Assembly (NCBI GenBank): GCA_017477845.1
Contig: JAFUTR010000009.1
Span: 1 to 60,914 of the forward strand
Source of the DNA: Bacilli bacterium
GTDB taxonomy: Bacteria > Bacillota_I > Bacilli_A > RF39 > UBA660
Length of the DNA stretch: 60,914 bases
Direction of reading: 5' to 3'
Part shown: positions 19,401 through 29,909 of the stretch, piece by piece
How positions within the stretch are numbered: position 1 is the stretch's first letter
Layout of the letters: each line of letters begins with the position of its first letter
Position numbers and translations under genes: made by a program
Notes under the pieces: generated by a model
Told to the model about the DNA's origin: nothing
The model's database searches: none
Seen by the model: only the letters and a program-made list of their open reading frames with translations

Positions 19401-21158
19401 TGTTGAATCGTACTTATTAACATCACTTGCATATAAAGCATCATATAATATATTATTTGTATTTGTTAAATCTGTATTTGCATATTTTCCTCCCGTTATT
19501 GTTACCGAATATGGATATGTACTTGTTGCATAAAATACATAATTATAATCTTTACAAACTCCACTTAGGTTATAACATGTATAATGACTTTTTGATAAAG
19601 ACTGATATCCACAGCTACTTATTTTACTATTTCCAGTAAAACAATTAGATGTACTTGTGTTAGACCAGTCATACACATATTGTAATGCTCCTTCTTCATT
19701 ATTATTTCCTACTAACTTATAATTATCATTATATGACTCTATTCCATATCCATATTTATACATAGGTCTATATGTAAAATTAGTTACTGTTGTTGCTGTT
19801 ACATATCCTATTGCATCTACTTTACTTGTTGTTCTAGTATCACTACATGTATTAGCACCTGTTCCAGAGTTATATGTATAGTATCCTGGAAGACATACAA
19901 ATTTATTTGTCATACTTGAATATTTGTTATACCAGTCTTTTTTATTTACTTCTTCAACATTTCCAGTAAGAGTAAATGTACCATCTCCATTATCAGTTAT
20001 TCCACTTCCAAATAAATATTTATATGATTTATCATTTATTCCACTTCCATTAGAAAGAGATGCACTATACATTATTGGATTGGTTCCACTTGTGTCTATT
20101 CCTGATATATAATATATCGATGTAGCACTGTAAGATGAATTTGTACTTCCTACAGTATATTTTCCTACCCACGATGAAGGGTAATTCATTATTGTATTAC
20201 CTACTACTCCATTAACTAAGCTATAATGACCATTTAAATCTGTAATATAACTATCACTATAGTAGTAATTACCATGAGTAGTTAAAGTACTGCTATTTAA
20301 GGTAGTACTTGTAAGCATAGTTATACTTTTACTCTGAGTTTGTGAAGAAATTAAATATTTATTATTGTGCATATATCCTACACCACTTATTGTACTATCA
20401 TTAAATTTACTTGTTCCTAGGGCATCTCTATATGTTGATTGATATACATAAGCGCTTGTGCCGCTAGATTGGCTATCAACCTTATATAAAGTTGTACATG
20501 TTCCTGTTGCAGTAGTTTTTTTACATGTATAAGGATATTCAGCTGCAATAGTTCCTATTTGAGTCTCAGCATTACTACTTGTTACATTTACTTGGGTTGG
20601 ATTTGTTAATGTATATGTTGTCGTTGTTCCTGATACACTTGTTGTATATTGATTACTGTAATAATAGTTTCCTGATAAACTTGTAGTTGATGTATAAAGG
20701 AATGAGGAAATATGATTTGGTCTTGTGTCACTACAATCGTATGTGACTACTCCAGCGTTTTCTTCTATTGTTGGTTCTCCGTTATATAAAAGTCTTACTC
20801 CTCCTGTGTCAGTGGTTCTTATCATCTGCCAACACATTCCTGCAAATACTACATTAAATTTATCTCTTATTTCATTTCCTGCTGTGTCGTCTGCTGCATA
20901 CCAATAATAAATATCTTCTGTTGAAAGTGATGCGTTAATCGAATCTTGATGACTTCCCGTGTATTTTTTTGCATATACTCCTTTATCACCTGCTGTTTTT
21001 AAAACGTTATATAAAGTTGGAATACCTGGTATTAAAACATCGCTATTAATGTTTAAAGTAGTAGATAAAGCAGAATAACCAATGCTTATGAAAGGAATAA
21101 ATATCATTAGTAAAACAAGCATCATTTTTTTATATTTTCTTTTTGTGCTTTTATTCAT
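16407..21158 (-). CDS. giant surface protein with BspA/DUF285-type leucine-rich repeats
   Basis: 1583 aa. N-terminal signal/anchor, ~850-aa Thr/Ser/Tyr/Asn-rich region, then ~23 copies of a 30-aa repeat (DLSNWDTSSVTNMxxMFxxAGYSATTWSIG). Confidence 0.85.
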   Translation of the reverse strand: MNKSTKRKYKKMMLVLLMIFIPFISIGYSALSTTLNINSDVLIPGIPTLYNVLKTAGDKGVYAKKYTGSHQDSINASLSTEDIYYWYAADDTAGNEIRDKFNVVFAGMCWQMIRTTDTGGVRLLYNGEPTIEENAGVVTYDCSDTRPNHISSFLYTSTTSLSGNYYYSNQYTTSVSGTTTTYTLTNPTQVNVTSSNAETQIGTIAAEYPYTCKKTTATGTCTTLYKVDSQSSGTSAYVYQSTYRDALGTSKFNDSTISGVGYMHNNKYLISSQTQSKSITMLTSTTLNSSTLTTHGNYYYSDSYITDLNGHYSLVNGVVGNTIMNYPSSWVGKYTVGSTNSSYSATSIYYISGIDTSGTNPIMYSASLSNGSGINDKSYKYLFGSGITDNGDGTFTLTGNVEEVNKKDWYNKYSSMTNKFVCLPGYYTYNSGTGANTCSDTRTTSKVDAIGYVTATTVTNFTYRPMYKYGYGIESYNDNYKLVGNNNEEGALQYVYDWSNTSTSNCFTGNSKISSCGYQSLSKSHYTCYNLSGVCKDYNYVFYATSTYPYSVTITGGKYANTDLTNTNNILYDALYASDVNKYDSTIKGKIDEWYQDKLLAGYNTYIDDTIYCNDRTVTTVGENWNPNGGSTTISNNLIFKENIPTGDLICTNITDKFSASNNSAKLTYKVGLISAPEMNLLNNNNVRKNTNTYYTISPNYNDSSLFFNTILSGGIISTSHITNSIRPVISLIEGIEYITGDGSMTNPYVVDLPVTTNTLMKHNGGIGSTFGKAISRDIFESITTVNNKTVPSNAIDSWDVSETQNGSVMAWYKDDDSNGKYELYIGQDGGVIANPNSSYAFSNFKNVTTIDLSNYITSLVGNMKYMFYNTGYNAASFNITGLNNFNTSKVKDMQKMFNNTGYSATTWSIGDLSDWDTSNVTNMAFMFSYAGYKSQTFNLDINTWNTSSVTNMESMFSYAGYNATTFNLDLSDWDTSSVTTMNQMFTSAGRSATTWGIGNLSNWDTSSVTNMPVMFYNAGRSATTFNIDLSDWDTSSVTNMYGMFNRAGYSATSWSIGDLSNWDTSSVTTMENMFSGAGYSATTWSIGNISNWDTSSVTIMHAMFSDAGYSATTWSIGNISNWDTSNVKYMHSMFSEAGRSATTWSIGNLSNWDTSSVTNMYGMFNRAGYSATSWSIGDLSNWDTSSVTTMESMFSLAGYKASTFYLDLSSWDVSNVTNMQSMLNAAGYSATTWNIGNISNWNTSNVTNMSSMFFRAGYSISTFGLDLSSWNTSRVTNMETMFRQAGYSATTWSIGDLSNWDTSNVTDMSSMFSSAGYNSTTFNLDIGNWDTSSVITMDNMFNRAGYSASTWNIGDLSNWDTSSVTAMNQMFVDAGYSASTFILDLSDWDTSSVTSMENMFSSAGRSASTWSIGDLSNWDTSSVTNMYGMFTLTGYSSTTWSIGNLSNWDTSNVTNMTSMFQDAGRSASTWNIGDLSNWDTSKVTTMNQMFYYAGSNATTFNSIGTLKVYDASITNMFTYSKKAKATLSIYSNPTTYTGAFNNAATDSSALITVNYSSTTTNIDYIIATKSSNSNVVKGSLLQ
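16560..18610 (-). repeat. ~23 tandem 90-bp coding repeats inside the surface-protein gene
   Basis: Period 90 bp. A segment of about 115 bp is identical at 17586-17700 and 17946-18060 (offset 360 bp, i.e. 4 units). Confidence 0.9.
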
Positions 21159-21253
21159 AAATACTTCCTTCTATCATTAGATTATTTTATAATATAATAA
21201 TACCATTAAATAGGCATTTTATACAATAAAATAATTGTGAAAAAAAGAACAGA

Positions 21254-23803
21254 TTATTCTGTTCTTAAAGCTTCTACTGGATCTTTTTTACTTGCTACAT
21301 GTGCAGGTATTAATCCGCCTATTATTGTTAATGTCATACTTACTATTATTAGTAATAAAGCATGTAATGGATTAAGCTGTGCTACGTTTTTAAGTTCAGT
21401 AAGACTATATAGAATAGCATTTATAGGTATTGTTAAAAGTACTGCTATAAATATTCCTATTAATCCTGAAGTTATTCCAATTATGAATGTTTCTGCATTA
21501 AATACACGAGTAATATCTTTTTTTCTTGCTCCTAATGCTCTTAATATACCTATCTCTTTAGTTCTTTCAAGAACTGAAATATAAGTAATTATTCCAATCA
21601 TTATAGATGAAACAACTAATGAAATGGATGAGAAGCCAACTAAAACATAAGTTATAGCATCCATAATCGATCCTGAAAGAGATACAAGTGTTTCTGATAA
21701 ATCTGTATATGTAACTCCTCCAGTACTTGATTTTATTTTACTATCTTCTACTACAAACTCTGCTCCATCAAAGTTTATATTACCATTTAATAAATTATCT
21801 TTATATACTAGATTTACTAATATTGGTGATACTTCTTGAATAGTATTATCAACATTTCTAAGTAGTGTGTCATCATTATCTTTTATGTTTTCAACAAGAT
21901 AATTTAAATAACTTTTAGCATGTGTTTCTAAGTTTGATACAATTCCTTCGTTATATTTATCAAGATATTCAACTATTTCATTTTTAGCATCAAAATCTCT
22001 TGAGTAAATACTAATAGCAAATGGAGTCGCATCTCCTCCTATTACTTGTAAAATATACTGTTTAGTATCTCTTCCTTCTTTAGTTGTTAAATCTATTTTT
22101 TCTCCAGTCAATACATTGTAATCAACTGCTTCTTGTAATTTTACAATTCCAGAATTTTTATTTTCATTTAATACAAAATCTACTAAGTCTTCTGTGTAAG
22201 CAATTCCTGCTCCTTGTTGATAAAGTTTACTTTCTTCTTTAGCTCTTATAATACCAACTACTTTTAAAGTAACTGCTTTATCACTATCATATAATGCATC
22301 AAAATTAATATTTACTGTGTAGATATTTCCAAGTGAGACATAAAAGTCTTCATTTAATATAAGTTTAAATTCTCTTCCAATAATATCATCAAACGATATT
22401 TTCTTTTGTGTTGCATCAAGGCCTAAATAACTTACTAATTTTTTATCTACTTTATTACTATTATCTACAATAAGAACTAATTCTTCTTTTGACTGTGGAA
22501 GACGTCCTTTTAGTACGTCATAGTTTTTTTCAACTACTCCATCTTTGTCTTTATCAAGTTTTGCTGGCATCGCTTCAAAGTATGTTTGCATAGATGTGAT
22601 ACTAGTACTTGATAGGGAAAGTGATGTTGGGATCACTACAGTTCTTCCTTCAACTTTTCCTAAAACATTCATCGATAATAAACGTGTATAGGAAAGCCCT
22701 AGTACATTATCTTTATTTAAATTATTTATATAGTTTAAATACTCTTCAGAAAATTCATTATTATGAGTTAATTGTTCTAAAATTGAATCTCTTGGAAAGA
22801 TATATTCTTCACTTGTAAACTTATTTTCATCATTTTTATTTCTTAGTGAAAGAATACTATCTTCAGTTACACTCATTGCTTCTTTAGAAATTAATATAGG
22901 AAGGGACGATAATGTCTCTGTTTCAAATTTATCAATTTGTTTATCAAATCCATTAGAAAGTGATAAAACAAGCGCTATTCCAATTATTCCAATACTTGAT
23001 GCAAAAGCAGTTAAAATTGTTCTTCCTTTTTTAGTTTTTATATTATTAAATGATAGTTTTAATGCTGTAGAAAAACTCATTGCTGTTTTTTTGATAGTAT
23101 ATTTAGATTCATTTTTTTCTTTATCATTAATTGGATTTGTGTCTTCTATTACTTCACCATCTTTAAATTCGACAATTCTATTGGCATAAGTATAAGCTAG
23201 TTCACTATTATGAGTTACCATAATAACTAATTTGTCTTTTGCTATTTCTTTTATTAACTCCATTATTTGAACTGACGTTACTGAGTCTAGTGCACCAGTT
23301 GGTTCATCAGCAAGAATTATATCAGGATCATTTACAAGAGCTCTAGCAATTGCTACTCTTTGCATTTGCCCACCTGATAATTGATTTGGTCTTTTATGAG
23401 CATGCTCAGATAATCCAACTTTATTTAAAACTTCTAATGCTTTCTTTTTCCTTTTTTTGGCATTTACTCCACTTAAAGTCATACCAAGTTCAACGTTTTC
23501 TAGAATTGATAAATGAGTAATTAAGTTATAATTTTGGAATACAAAACCTATGCAGTTATTTCTATATGCATCCCAGTCACTATTTTTAAACTTTTTTGTG
23601 GACTTATCATTTATGATTAAGTCTCCACTGTCATATCTATCAAGTCCACCAATAATATTTAACATTGTTGTTTTTCCTGAACCACTAGGTCCTAAAATTG
23701 CAACAAATTCATTTTTTCTGAATTTTAGACTTATATTTTTTAAAGCTTGTTGAGTGAACTCACCTGTTGTATAACTTTTATTTATTTTTTTTAATTCTAA
23801 CAT
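21254..23803 (-). CDS. fused ABC transporter ATPase/permease (MacB/FtsX type)
   Basis: Walker A GPSGSGKTT, signature LSGGQMQRVAIARAL, Walker B IILADEPTGALD. Followed by a TM helix, a large extracytoplasmic domain and a C-terminal FtsX-like 3-TM bundle. Confidence 0.88.
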   Translation of the reverse strand: MLELKKINKSYTTGEFTQQALKNISLKFRKNEFVAILGPSGSGKTTMLNIIGGLDRYDSGDLIINDKSTKKFKNSDWDAYRNNCIGFVFQNYNLITHLSILENVELGMTLSGVNAKKRKKKALEVLNKVGLSEHAHKRPNQLSGGQMQRVAIARALVNDPDIILADEPTGALDSVTSVQIMELIKEIAKDKLVIMVTHNSELAYTYANRIVEFKDGEVIEDTNPINDKEKNESKYTIKKTAMSFSTALKLSFNNIKTKKGRTILTAFASSIGIIGIALVLSLSNGFDKQIDKFETETLSSLPILISKEAMSVTEDSILSLRNKNDENKFTSEEYIFPRDSILEQLTHNNEFSEEYLNYINNLNKDNVLGLSYTRLLSMNVLGKVEGRTVVIPTSLSLSSTSITSMQTYFEAMPAKLDKDKDGVVEKNYDVLKGRLPQSKEELVLIVDNSNKVDKKLVSYLGLDATQKKISFDDIIGREFKLILNEDFYVSLGNIYTVNINFDALYDSDKAVTLKVVGIIRAKEESKLYQQGAGIAYTEDLVDFVLNENKNSGIVKLQEAVDYNVLTGEKIDLTTKEGRDTKQYILQVIGGDATPFAISIYSRDFDAKNEIVEYLDKYNEGIVSNLETHAKSYLNYLVENIKDNDDTLLRNVDNTIQEVSPILVNLVYKDNLLNGNINFDGAEFVVEDSKIKSSTGGVTYTDLSETLVSLSGSIMDAITYVLVGFSSISLVVSSIMIGIITYISVLERTKEIGILRALGARKKDITRVFNAETFIIGITSGLIGIFIAVLLTIPINAILYSLTELKNVAQLNPLHALLLIIVSMTLTIIGGLIPAHVASKKDPVEALRTE

Positions 23804-23888
23804 AGGTCACCTCATAAATTTCTTCACTTTAACATTATATACTATTATTATTGTTCATTCAATTAAAATTATTTTATTTTAAAAAGAA

Positions 23889-23913
23889 AAGTGTGATTTT
23901 TTAGATCACACTT
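23889..23913 (-). terminator. intrinsic terminator after the WG-repeat gene
   Basis: Minus strand: AAGTGTGAT-CTAAAAA-ATCACACTT followed by a T-rich run. Confidence 0.65.
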
Positions 23914-23918
23914 ATATT

Positions 23919-25385
23919 TTATTCATTTATTGTAATTTTTTTACCTTTTATATCCATATAATAACTTGTTTTTTCATTACTTATTCCAACATATCCATCA
24001 TCGGATAAAGGGGAATTTATAAACATTCCTTCAGGAAAAGTTATAATAATTCTTCCATTAACATCCATAATTGCCCAGTTTTGACTATTTCCATTTGTTT
24101 TTACTAAGATATGTCCTGTTTTAGATATTTGGTTTTGTCCTTCATAGATACCTAATTCGTAGTCATCACTATGATATCTTCCAAGTTTTGTATATGCCCT
24201 TGGTTCAAACATATATTTTCCAGTTTCTTTGCTAAGTATTGTAAAATATCCTGTTTCAAAATATAGAAGTGCATATCCGTTTTTAAACTCAGGTATGTTA
24301 TTTACACCTTCATCTTTTAGATCTATTACTTTAGTTCCGCTTCCATCATAGAAAGCATCACGAACAAATACCAGTCCATCGCTATATTGTCCTAAATCTG
24401 CCCATTTACCATCTGTTGATACTAATGTTTTATTTCCTTTTTTATCAAGTAAGTAAACACTTTCAGAATTAATATCTCGATATACTATATAACTATCTCT
24501 ATATTCTCCAAATACTACATCAAATCTTGTATCTAGATAGAACTTAGTTTTAGTTTCCGTATTGTATATTGAATATCCACTTGTTTCTTTATCTCTTAAC
24601 ATGAACATTCCTTCATTGTAATATCTTATATCTGTAACATTTTCATCTGGTTCTAAATTATATGATTTATTATTAATATCATATATACCTTGTTTATAAA
24701 CGGTTCCTTTATATGATTCATCCTTTGTAGTTACTATAACAAATCCTTCTCCAGCATATTCAATTTTATCAATTGTTCCTTCTTTTTTAAATACTACTTC
24801 ACCTTTTGTATCATAAATGTTATCTAGTATTTGTGAATATCCTTGTTTAAATACAGGTTCATGTTCATAATAAACATAGTCAATTTTTTTGATTACTTTT
24901 CCTTTGTCATTTAATAAATAGTAGTAATCTTTATCATCGTTAAATGATTTTGCCCATCCAAATCCACCATTTATTTGATATAAATATCCATAGAATTCTT
25001 TTGGAGCTTCTTTTGGTGGTTCAATTTCTACTAGTTCATCTTCATGTTTCTTTATTTCTTCTTTTACTTCTTTTTCTATTTTTTCTGCTTCTTCTTTAAT
25101 TTTATCAGCTAAACTCTTTTCTTTATTATCATCTTTAAATACAAAAAACCATAGTAAGAATCCAAGAAGTGCAAGTAATATAATAATTATTATTGTTATT
25201 ATTAATCCTTTATGAGATTTCTTTTTATAATATGTGTTTTCAATATTCTCTTCTTGTACTGTTTCTTCTTCAATACTTTTTTCTTTATTAGCATCTAATT
25301 CTTCTATCTTTGCACCACACTTAGTACAAAATAAAGTGCCTTTCTCTAATTCATTTCCACATGATGTACAAAACTTCTTTGCCAC
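23919..25385 (-). CDS. zinc-ribbon / TM / WG-repeat (KWG-like) protein
   Basis: CTSCGNEL...CTKCGAKI zinc ribbon, one TM helix, Lys/Glu-rich linker, then repeated beta-propeller-like units (GFGWAK, EGMFML, DGLVFV, NGYALL). Probable GTG start at 25385, 8 nt after AGGAG. Confidence 0.65.
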   Translation of the reverse strand: MAKKFCTSCGNELEKGTLFCTKCGAKIEELDANKEKSIEEETVQEENIENTYYKKKSHKGLIITIIIIILLALLGFLLWFFVFKDDNKEKSLADKIKEEAEKIEKEVKEEIKKHEDELVEIEPPKEAPKEFYGYLYQINGGFGWAKSFNDDKDYYYLLNDKGKVIKKIDYVYYEHEPVFKQGYSQILDNIYDTKGEVVFKKEGTIDKIEYAGEGFVIVTTKDESYKGTVYKQGIYDINNKSYNLEPDENVTDIRYYNEGMFMLRDKETSGYSIYNTETKTKFYLDTRFDVVFGEYRDSYIVYRDINSESVYLLDKKGNKTLVSTDGKWADLGQYSDGLVFVRDAFYDGSGTKVIDLKDEGVNNIPEFKNGYALLYFETGYFTILSKETGKYMFEPRAYTKLGRYHSDDYELGIYEGQNQISKTGHILVKTNGNSQNWAIMDVNGRIIITFPEGMFINSPLSDDGYVGISNEKTSYYMDIKGKKITINE

Positions 25386-25477
25386 TTTACCAACTCCTAA
25401 CAATAATTAAATAATTTCATTTTAAATTATAACACTTAAACGATAAAATAGTAAATTATTTTATATATTTTTTATTT

Positions 25478-25666
25478 CTATAATTCTTCATATAAAATCA
25501 TAGAAGAAAAACAATAAATTTGTTCTTCAGAAAACATAGAAATTGATACTTGATACTTTATATCTATTATTTTTATATTCTCTTTAGAGGATAAAAAGAT
25601 ATTTATATCATCTTCTAAATCTTGTTCATGTGATTCATCAAATAATTTAACTTTCACTTCTATCAC
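25478..25666 (-). CDS. Cse60-family sporulation protein
   Basis: 62 aa. KVKLFDESHEQDLEDDINIFL ... DIKYQVS ... QIYCFSSMILYE matches my recollection of B. subtilis Cse60/YteV. Confidence 0.55.
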   Translation of the reverse strand: MIEVKVKLFDESHEQDLEDDINIFLSSKENIKIIDIKYQVSISMFSEEQIYCFSSMILYEEL

Positions 25667-25708
25667 CTAATATTAAAATAACACTTTTATTTGTCAAAAA
25701 AAGAAGAA

Positions 25709-27100
25709 TTATTTGATTCTTCTTAAAATATCGCGAGCTGAAATTAAACCAGTTGCAGCTGCTGTAACAATATTACCTGCTTTTCCTGACCCATCTCCAA
25801 TAAAGTAAATATTATGTCCTTCTATTTTCATATTATTATCAGTAGTTATTTCATTACTAAAGAATTTTATTTCTGGTCCATATAGTAGTGTTTCATCGTT
25901 ATTTACTCCAGGTATTATTTTATCTAGTCTTTCAAGTCCTTCAATTATATTTGTTATTATTCTATGAGGAAGAACTAGTGCTAAGTCTCCTGCTACACAA
26001 TCTTTTAGTGTCGGTTCAATAAATCCCTTTTCAATTCTATGCCATTCACTTCTTCTTCCTTGTTTTAAATCTTTTAAAGATTGAATAATTGGTTTTCCTG
26101 ATCCTAATACGTTAGCAATTCTTGCAATTGACTCTCCATATAATCTTGTGTTTGTAACTGGATGAGTTAAACTAACTTTAGAAATAAAGGCAAAGTTACT
26201 ATTATCTGATTTTATATCTTTTAATGAGTGCCCATTAACACAGATATATCCTTCATAATTTTCTTTTGTAACATACCCTCCTGGATTAGTACAAAATGTT
26301 CTTATTTCATCTCCATAAGTATCTGTTTTTATAAAAATAGTTGGATCATATATCACATTTGTAATTTCCTCTAATATTTCTCTTCTTGTTTCTACTCTTA
26401 CTCCTATTTCAATACTTTGTGATACGTAAGGAATATTATATTTATCTGCTAATTCTTGTACCCATTTTGCTCCTGTTCTTCCAGGTGCTACTACTACGTA
26501 TTTCCCTTTAATAGTTTTTATTTCTTTTCCATCTTTATAGTTTATTATATATTTCTTCTTTTCTTCTAGTATATCTAATACATCAGCATGTTCTAATATT
26601 TTTACACCTTTATCTTCTAGATACTTTGTTATATCAGAAATATATTTTGGTAAGTGATCACTTCCAAGATGCTTTTGTTTTATTATTAATAAACTTGCTC
26701 CAGTTTTTGCAACTTTCTCTTTTATCTTATTTGCTTCATCCATATTAGTTGGATAAACTTTACTATCCATATTAAATTTATTAAATATTTTTTCAGTATC
26801 ATCAATTATATCAAAAGCTTCTTTTCTTCCAAGATATTTAAATAAATCTGATTTTCCTAGTTTTGGAACAAAGTTAAGTTTTCCATCTGAGAATGTTCCT
26901 GCTCCTCCATATCCTGATAATATTCCACAAGGTTTACAATTTTTACATTCTGTCTTGTACTTGTTCATTGGACATATTCTTTTATCCGCTCTTAGGCCTC
27001 TATCTAGTATTGCTATTTTTAAGTCTTTATTATTTTCAATTAGTTCGTAGGCAGTAAAGAGTCCAGCTGGTCCTGCTCCTACTATTAACACATCATACAT
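25709..27100 (-). CDS. FAD/NAD(P)-binding oxidoreductase (COG2509-like)
   Basis: N-terminal dinucleotide fold DVLIVGAGPAGL and C-terminal GDGSGKAGNI. Confidence 0.7.
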   Translation of the reverse strand: MYDVLIVGAGPAGLFTAYELIENNKDLKIAILDRGLRADKRICPMNKYKTECKNCKPCGILSGYGGAGTFSDGKLNFVPKLGKSDLFKYLGRKEAFDIIDDTEKIFNKFNMDSKVYPTNMDEANKIKEKVAKTGASLLIIKQKHLGSDHLPKYISDITKYLEDKGVKILEHADVLDILEEKKKYIINYKDGKEIKTIKGKYVVVAPGRTGAKWVQELADKYNIPYVSQSIEIGVRVETRREILEEITNVIYDPTIFIKTDTYGDEIRTFCTNPGGYVTKENYEGYICVNGHSLKDIKSDNSNFAFISKVSLTHPVTNTRLYGESIARIANVLGSGKPIIQSLKDLKQGRRSEWHRIEKGFIEPTLKDCVAGDLALVLPHRIITNIIEGLERLDKIIPGVNNDETLLYGPEIKFFSNEITTDNNMKIEGHNIYFIGDGSGKAGNIVTAAATGLISARDILRRIK

Positions 27101-27112
27101 AAATACCTCTTT

Positions 27113-29524
27113 CTATTTTACAACAATGTTTACAATTTTTCCTTGAATAACTATTATTTTAACTACTTCTTTTCCTTCTATATGTTTTTTGACATTTTCT
27201 TCATTTAGTGCTTTTTCTTTTAATACACTTTCTTCATCATTTATGTTTATTTTTATCGTTGCACGTACTTTTCCATTTACTTGAACTGCTATATCTTTTT
27301 CTTGTTCAATTGTTTTTTTCTCATCATATTCTGGCCAAGTTGATTCACAAATAGGACTATATCCAATACTTTCATTTAATTCTTCAGTGATATGAGGAGC
27401 AATTGGATTTAATAATGTTAGTAATAAATGATAATCTTCTTTAGTAATATGCTCTTTTTCATCCATTGCATTTGTAAGAATCATTAACTGAGATACTGCT
27501 GTGTTAAATCCTAAGTTCAATAAGTCTCTTTGTACTTTTAAAATACTCTTGTTGATTACTGGTTCCAATTCTTTTGTGAAATTCTTTCCATCAATTACTT
27601 TATCTTTTAGTCTAATTACTTTATCAAGAAATCTTCTACATCCTCTTAAAGAATCAGTACTCCATGGTGCATCTTGTGTATAATCACCCATAAACATTTC
27701 ATATACTCTTAAAGTATCTGCGCCAAATTCGTTTACAATATCATCAGGATTAATTACGTTACCTTTTGATTTACTCATTTTTTGGTTATCACTTCCAAGA
27801 ACCATTCCATGACTAACTCTTTTATAAATCATTTCTTTGTTTGGAACTAAACCAATATTATATAAAAATTGTACCCAGAATCTTGCATATAGTAAGTGCC
27901 TTGCAGTGTGTTCCATTCCTCCATTGTACCAGTCAACTTTCCTCCAGTATTTCATAGCATCCATAGAAGCAAACTCTTTGTCGTTTCTTGCATCCATAAA
28001 TCTTAAGAAATACCAACTAGAACCTGCCCAGTTTGGCATTGTATCTGTTTCACGTTTTGCATCTCGTCCACACTGCGGACATTTTGTATTAATCCATTCT
28101 GAAATTTTTGCTAGTGGGCTTTCTCCATTATCAGTTGGTTCATATTCTGCTACATCAGGAAGTAATAGTGGTAAATCTTCCTCATTCATTGGAACCCAAC
28201 CACACTTTTCACAATAGATCATTGGTATTGGTTCTCCCCAGAATCTTTGACGTGAGAAAATCCAATCTCTCATTTTGTAATTGTTAACTCTTCTTGCTAT
28301 TTTCTTATCTTCAAGCATTTTAGTTATTGCTTCTTTAGCTTCTTCTACAGTTAAACCTGAAAACTCTTCTGAATTAATTAATTTACAACCATTTCCTAAA
28401 TAGTCATGTTTTTCAAAAGCCTTCTCATTTATATTTCCACCTTCAATAACTTCTATCATAGGAATATTATGAACTTTAGCATATTCATAGTCTCTTTGAT
28501 CATGTGCTGGAACTGCCATTACTGCTCCTGTTCCATAGTCACCTAATACGAAGTCTCCTAAAAATATAGGAACTTCTTTATGATTAATTGGGTTTATTGC
28601 TTTGATTCCTTCAACTAATACTCCTGTTTTTCCTTTATTAAGTTCTGTTCTATCCATTGCAGATTTTTTCTTAGTTTCATTAATATAAGCTTCTACTTCT
28701 TTTTTATTTTTTACTCTTGGCATTAATTCTTTAATTAATTTACCATCTGGTGCAATAACGAAAAAAGTAATACCAAAAACCGTTTCAATGCATGTTGTAA
28801 ATATAGAGAATTTTCCTCCTCCTTTTATTTCAACGTCCATCTCAACTCCACTTGATTTACCAATCCAGTTGATTTGTCCTAGTTTTACACGATCTGCAAA
28901 ATCGGTGTCATCTAATCCTTTTAATAAGTCTTCAGCGTAACTAGCCATTCTTAGCATCCATTGTGACTTTTCTTTTTGGACTACTTCTGTTCCACAACGT
29001 TCACAAACTCCTCCTGCAGCATCCTCATTCGATAAAACTGTTTTGCATTTTGGGCACCAGTTTACTGGAATAGTATCTTTATAGGCCATTCCATTTTTAT
29101 AAAATTGTAAGAATTGCCATTGTGTCCATTTATAGTATTCTGGATCAGTTGTTGAAAATTCTCTATCCCAATCAAATGAGAAACCAAGAGATTTCATTTG
29201 CCCTTTGAATGTTTCAATATTTTTCTTAACTGCCTCCTTTGGATGGATATGATTTTTTATGGCATACTCTTCAGCAGGAGCTCCAAACGCATCCCATCCC
29301 ATTGGAAATAAAACATTATATCCTTGTAAACGTTTCATTCTAGCAATTGCATCATGTGCTGTATAACTTCTTACATGTCCAACATGAAGTCCTGCTCCAG
29401 ATGGATATGGAAACTCTACTAAAACATAAAAAGGATCTTTTTTACTATCGTTATATGCTTTAAAAGTTTTATTTTCATCCCAATATTTTTGCCATTTTTT
29501 ATCTATTTCAATTGTATTATTCAT
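27113..29524 (-). CDS. leuS: leucine--tRNA ligase
   Basis: 803 aa. HIGH region PYPSGAGLHVGHVRSY, KMSKSKGN, and a CPKC...CERCG zinc motif. Confidence 0.97.
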   Translation of the reverse strand: MNNTIEIDKKWQKYWDENKTFKAYNDSKKDPFYVLVEFPYPSGAGLHVGHVRSYTAHDAIARMKRLQGYNVLFPMGWDAFGAPAEEYAIKNHIHPKEAVKKNIETFKGQMKSLGFSFDWDREFSTTDPEYYKWTQWQFLQFYKNGMAYKDTIPVNWCPKCKTVLSNEDAAGGVCERCGTEVVQKEKSQWMLRMASYAEDLLKGLDDTDFADRVKLGQINWIGKSSGVEMDVEIKGGGKFSIFTTCIETVFGITFFVIAPDGKLIKELMPRVKNKKEVEAYINETKKKSAMDRTELNKGKTGVLVEGIKAINPINHKEVPIFLGDFVLGDYGTGAVMAVPAHDQRDYEYAKVHNIPMIEVIEGGNINEKAFEKHDYLGNGCKLINSEEFSGLTVEEAKEAITKMLEDKKIARRVNNYKMRDWIFSRQRFWGEPIPMIYCEKCGWVPMNEEDLPLLLPDVAEYEPTDNGESPLAKISEWINTKCPQCGRDAKRETDTMPNWAGSSWYFLRFMDARNDKEFASMDAMKYWRKVDWYNGGMEHTARHLLYARFWVQFLYNIGLVPNKEMIYKRVSHGMVLGSDNQKMSKSKGNVINPDDIVNEFGADTLRVYEMFMGDYTQDAPWSTDSLRGCRRFLDKVIRLKDKVIDGKNFTKELEPVINKSILKVQRDLLNLGFNTAVSQLMILTNAMDEKEHITKEDYHLLLTLLNPIAPHITEELNESIGYSPICESTWPEYDEKKTIEQEKDIAVQVNGKVRATIKININDEESVLKEKALNEENVKKHIEGKEVVKIIVIQGKIVNIVVK

Positions 29525-29903
29525 TTTTTATCAATCCTTTCTTTTTAAAATAATTTCCTAAAAATTTTAAACTTATCAAATATAATGGAATAATCAAGAT
29601 AGATGCAACAAGTATTTCTAATACTACATTATTCTTTATTAATAGTATCGATAAAATTGATAATATTCCAATATCTAATCCTAGAATTATTCCTATTATT
29701 TTTAAAAGTGCTCGTAAGTTTATTTTTTCTAAATCGACATTATACTTTTTAATAAAGTATTTCACCTCACTAGGCAGGGCTTCATAATCACTTATTTTTT
29801 CTTTCTTTTTGTTTTTGAAATGACCATTTTTGTCAAACCTTTGAACTGATACAAAAAAATATATTAAATACACAATAAAAATTGTTATAATTACTTCTAT
29901 CAT
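29517..29903 (-). CDS. small membrane protein (128 aa) between the T-box leader and leuS
   Basis: GAGGAGGG RBS directly after the T-box terminator. Three predicted TM helices. 8-nt overlap (ATGAATAA) with the leuS start. Confidence 0.6.
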   Translation of the reverse strand: MIEVIITIFIVYLIYFFVSVQRFDKNGHFKNKKKEKISDYEALPSEVKYFIKKYNVDLEKINLRALLKIIGIILGLDIGILSILSILLIKNNVVLEILVASILIIPLYLISLKFLGNYFKKKGLIKNE

Positions 29904-29909
29904 TTTCCC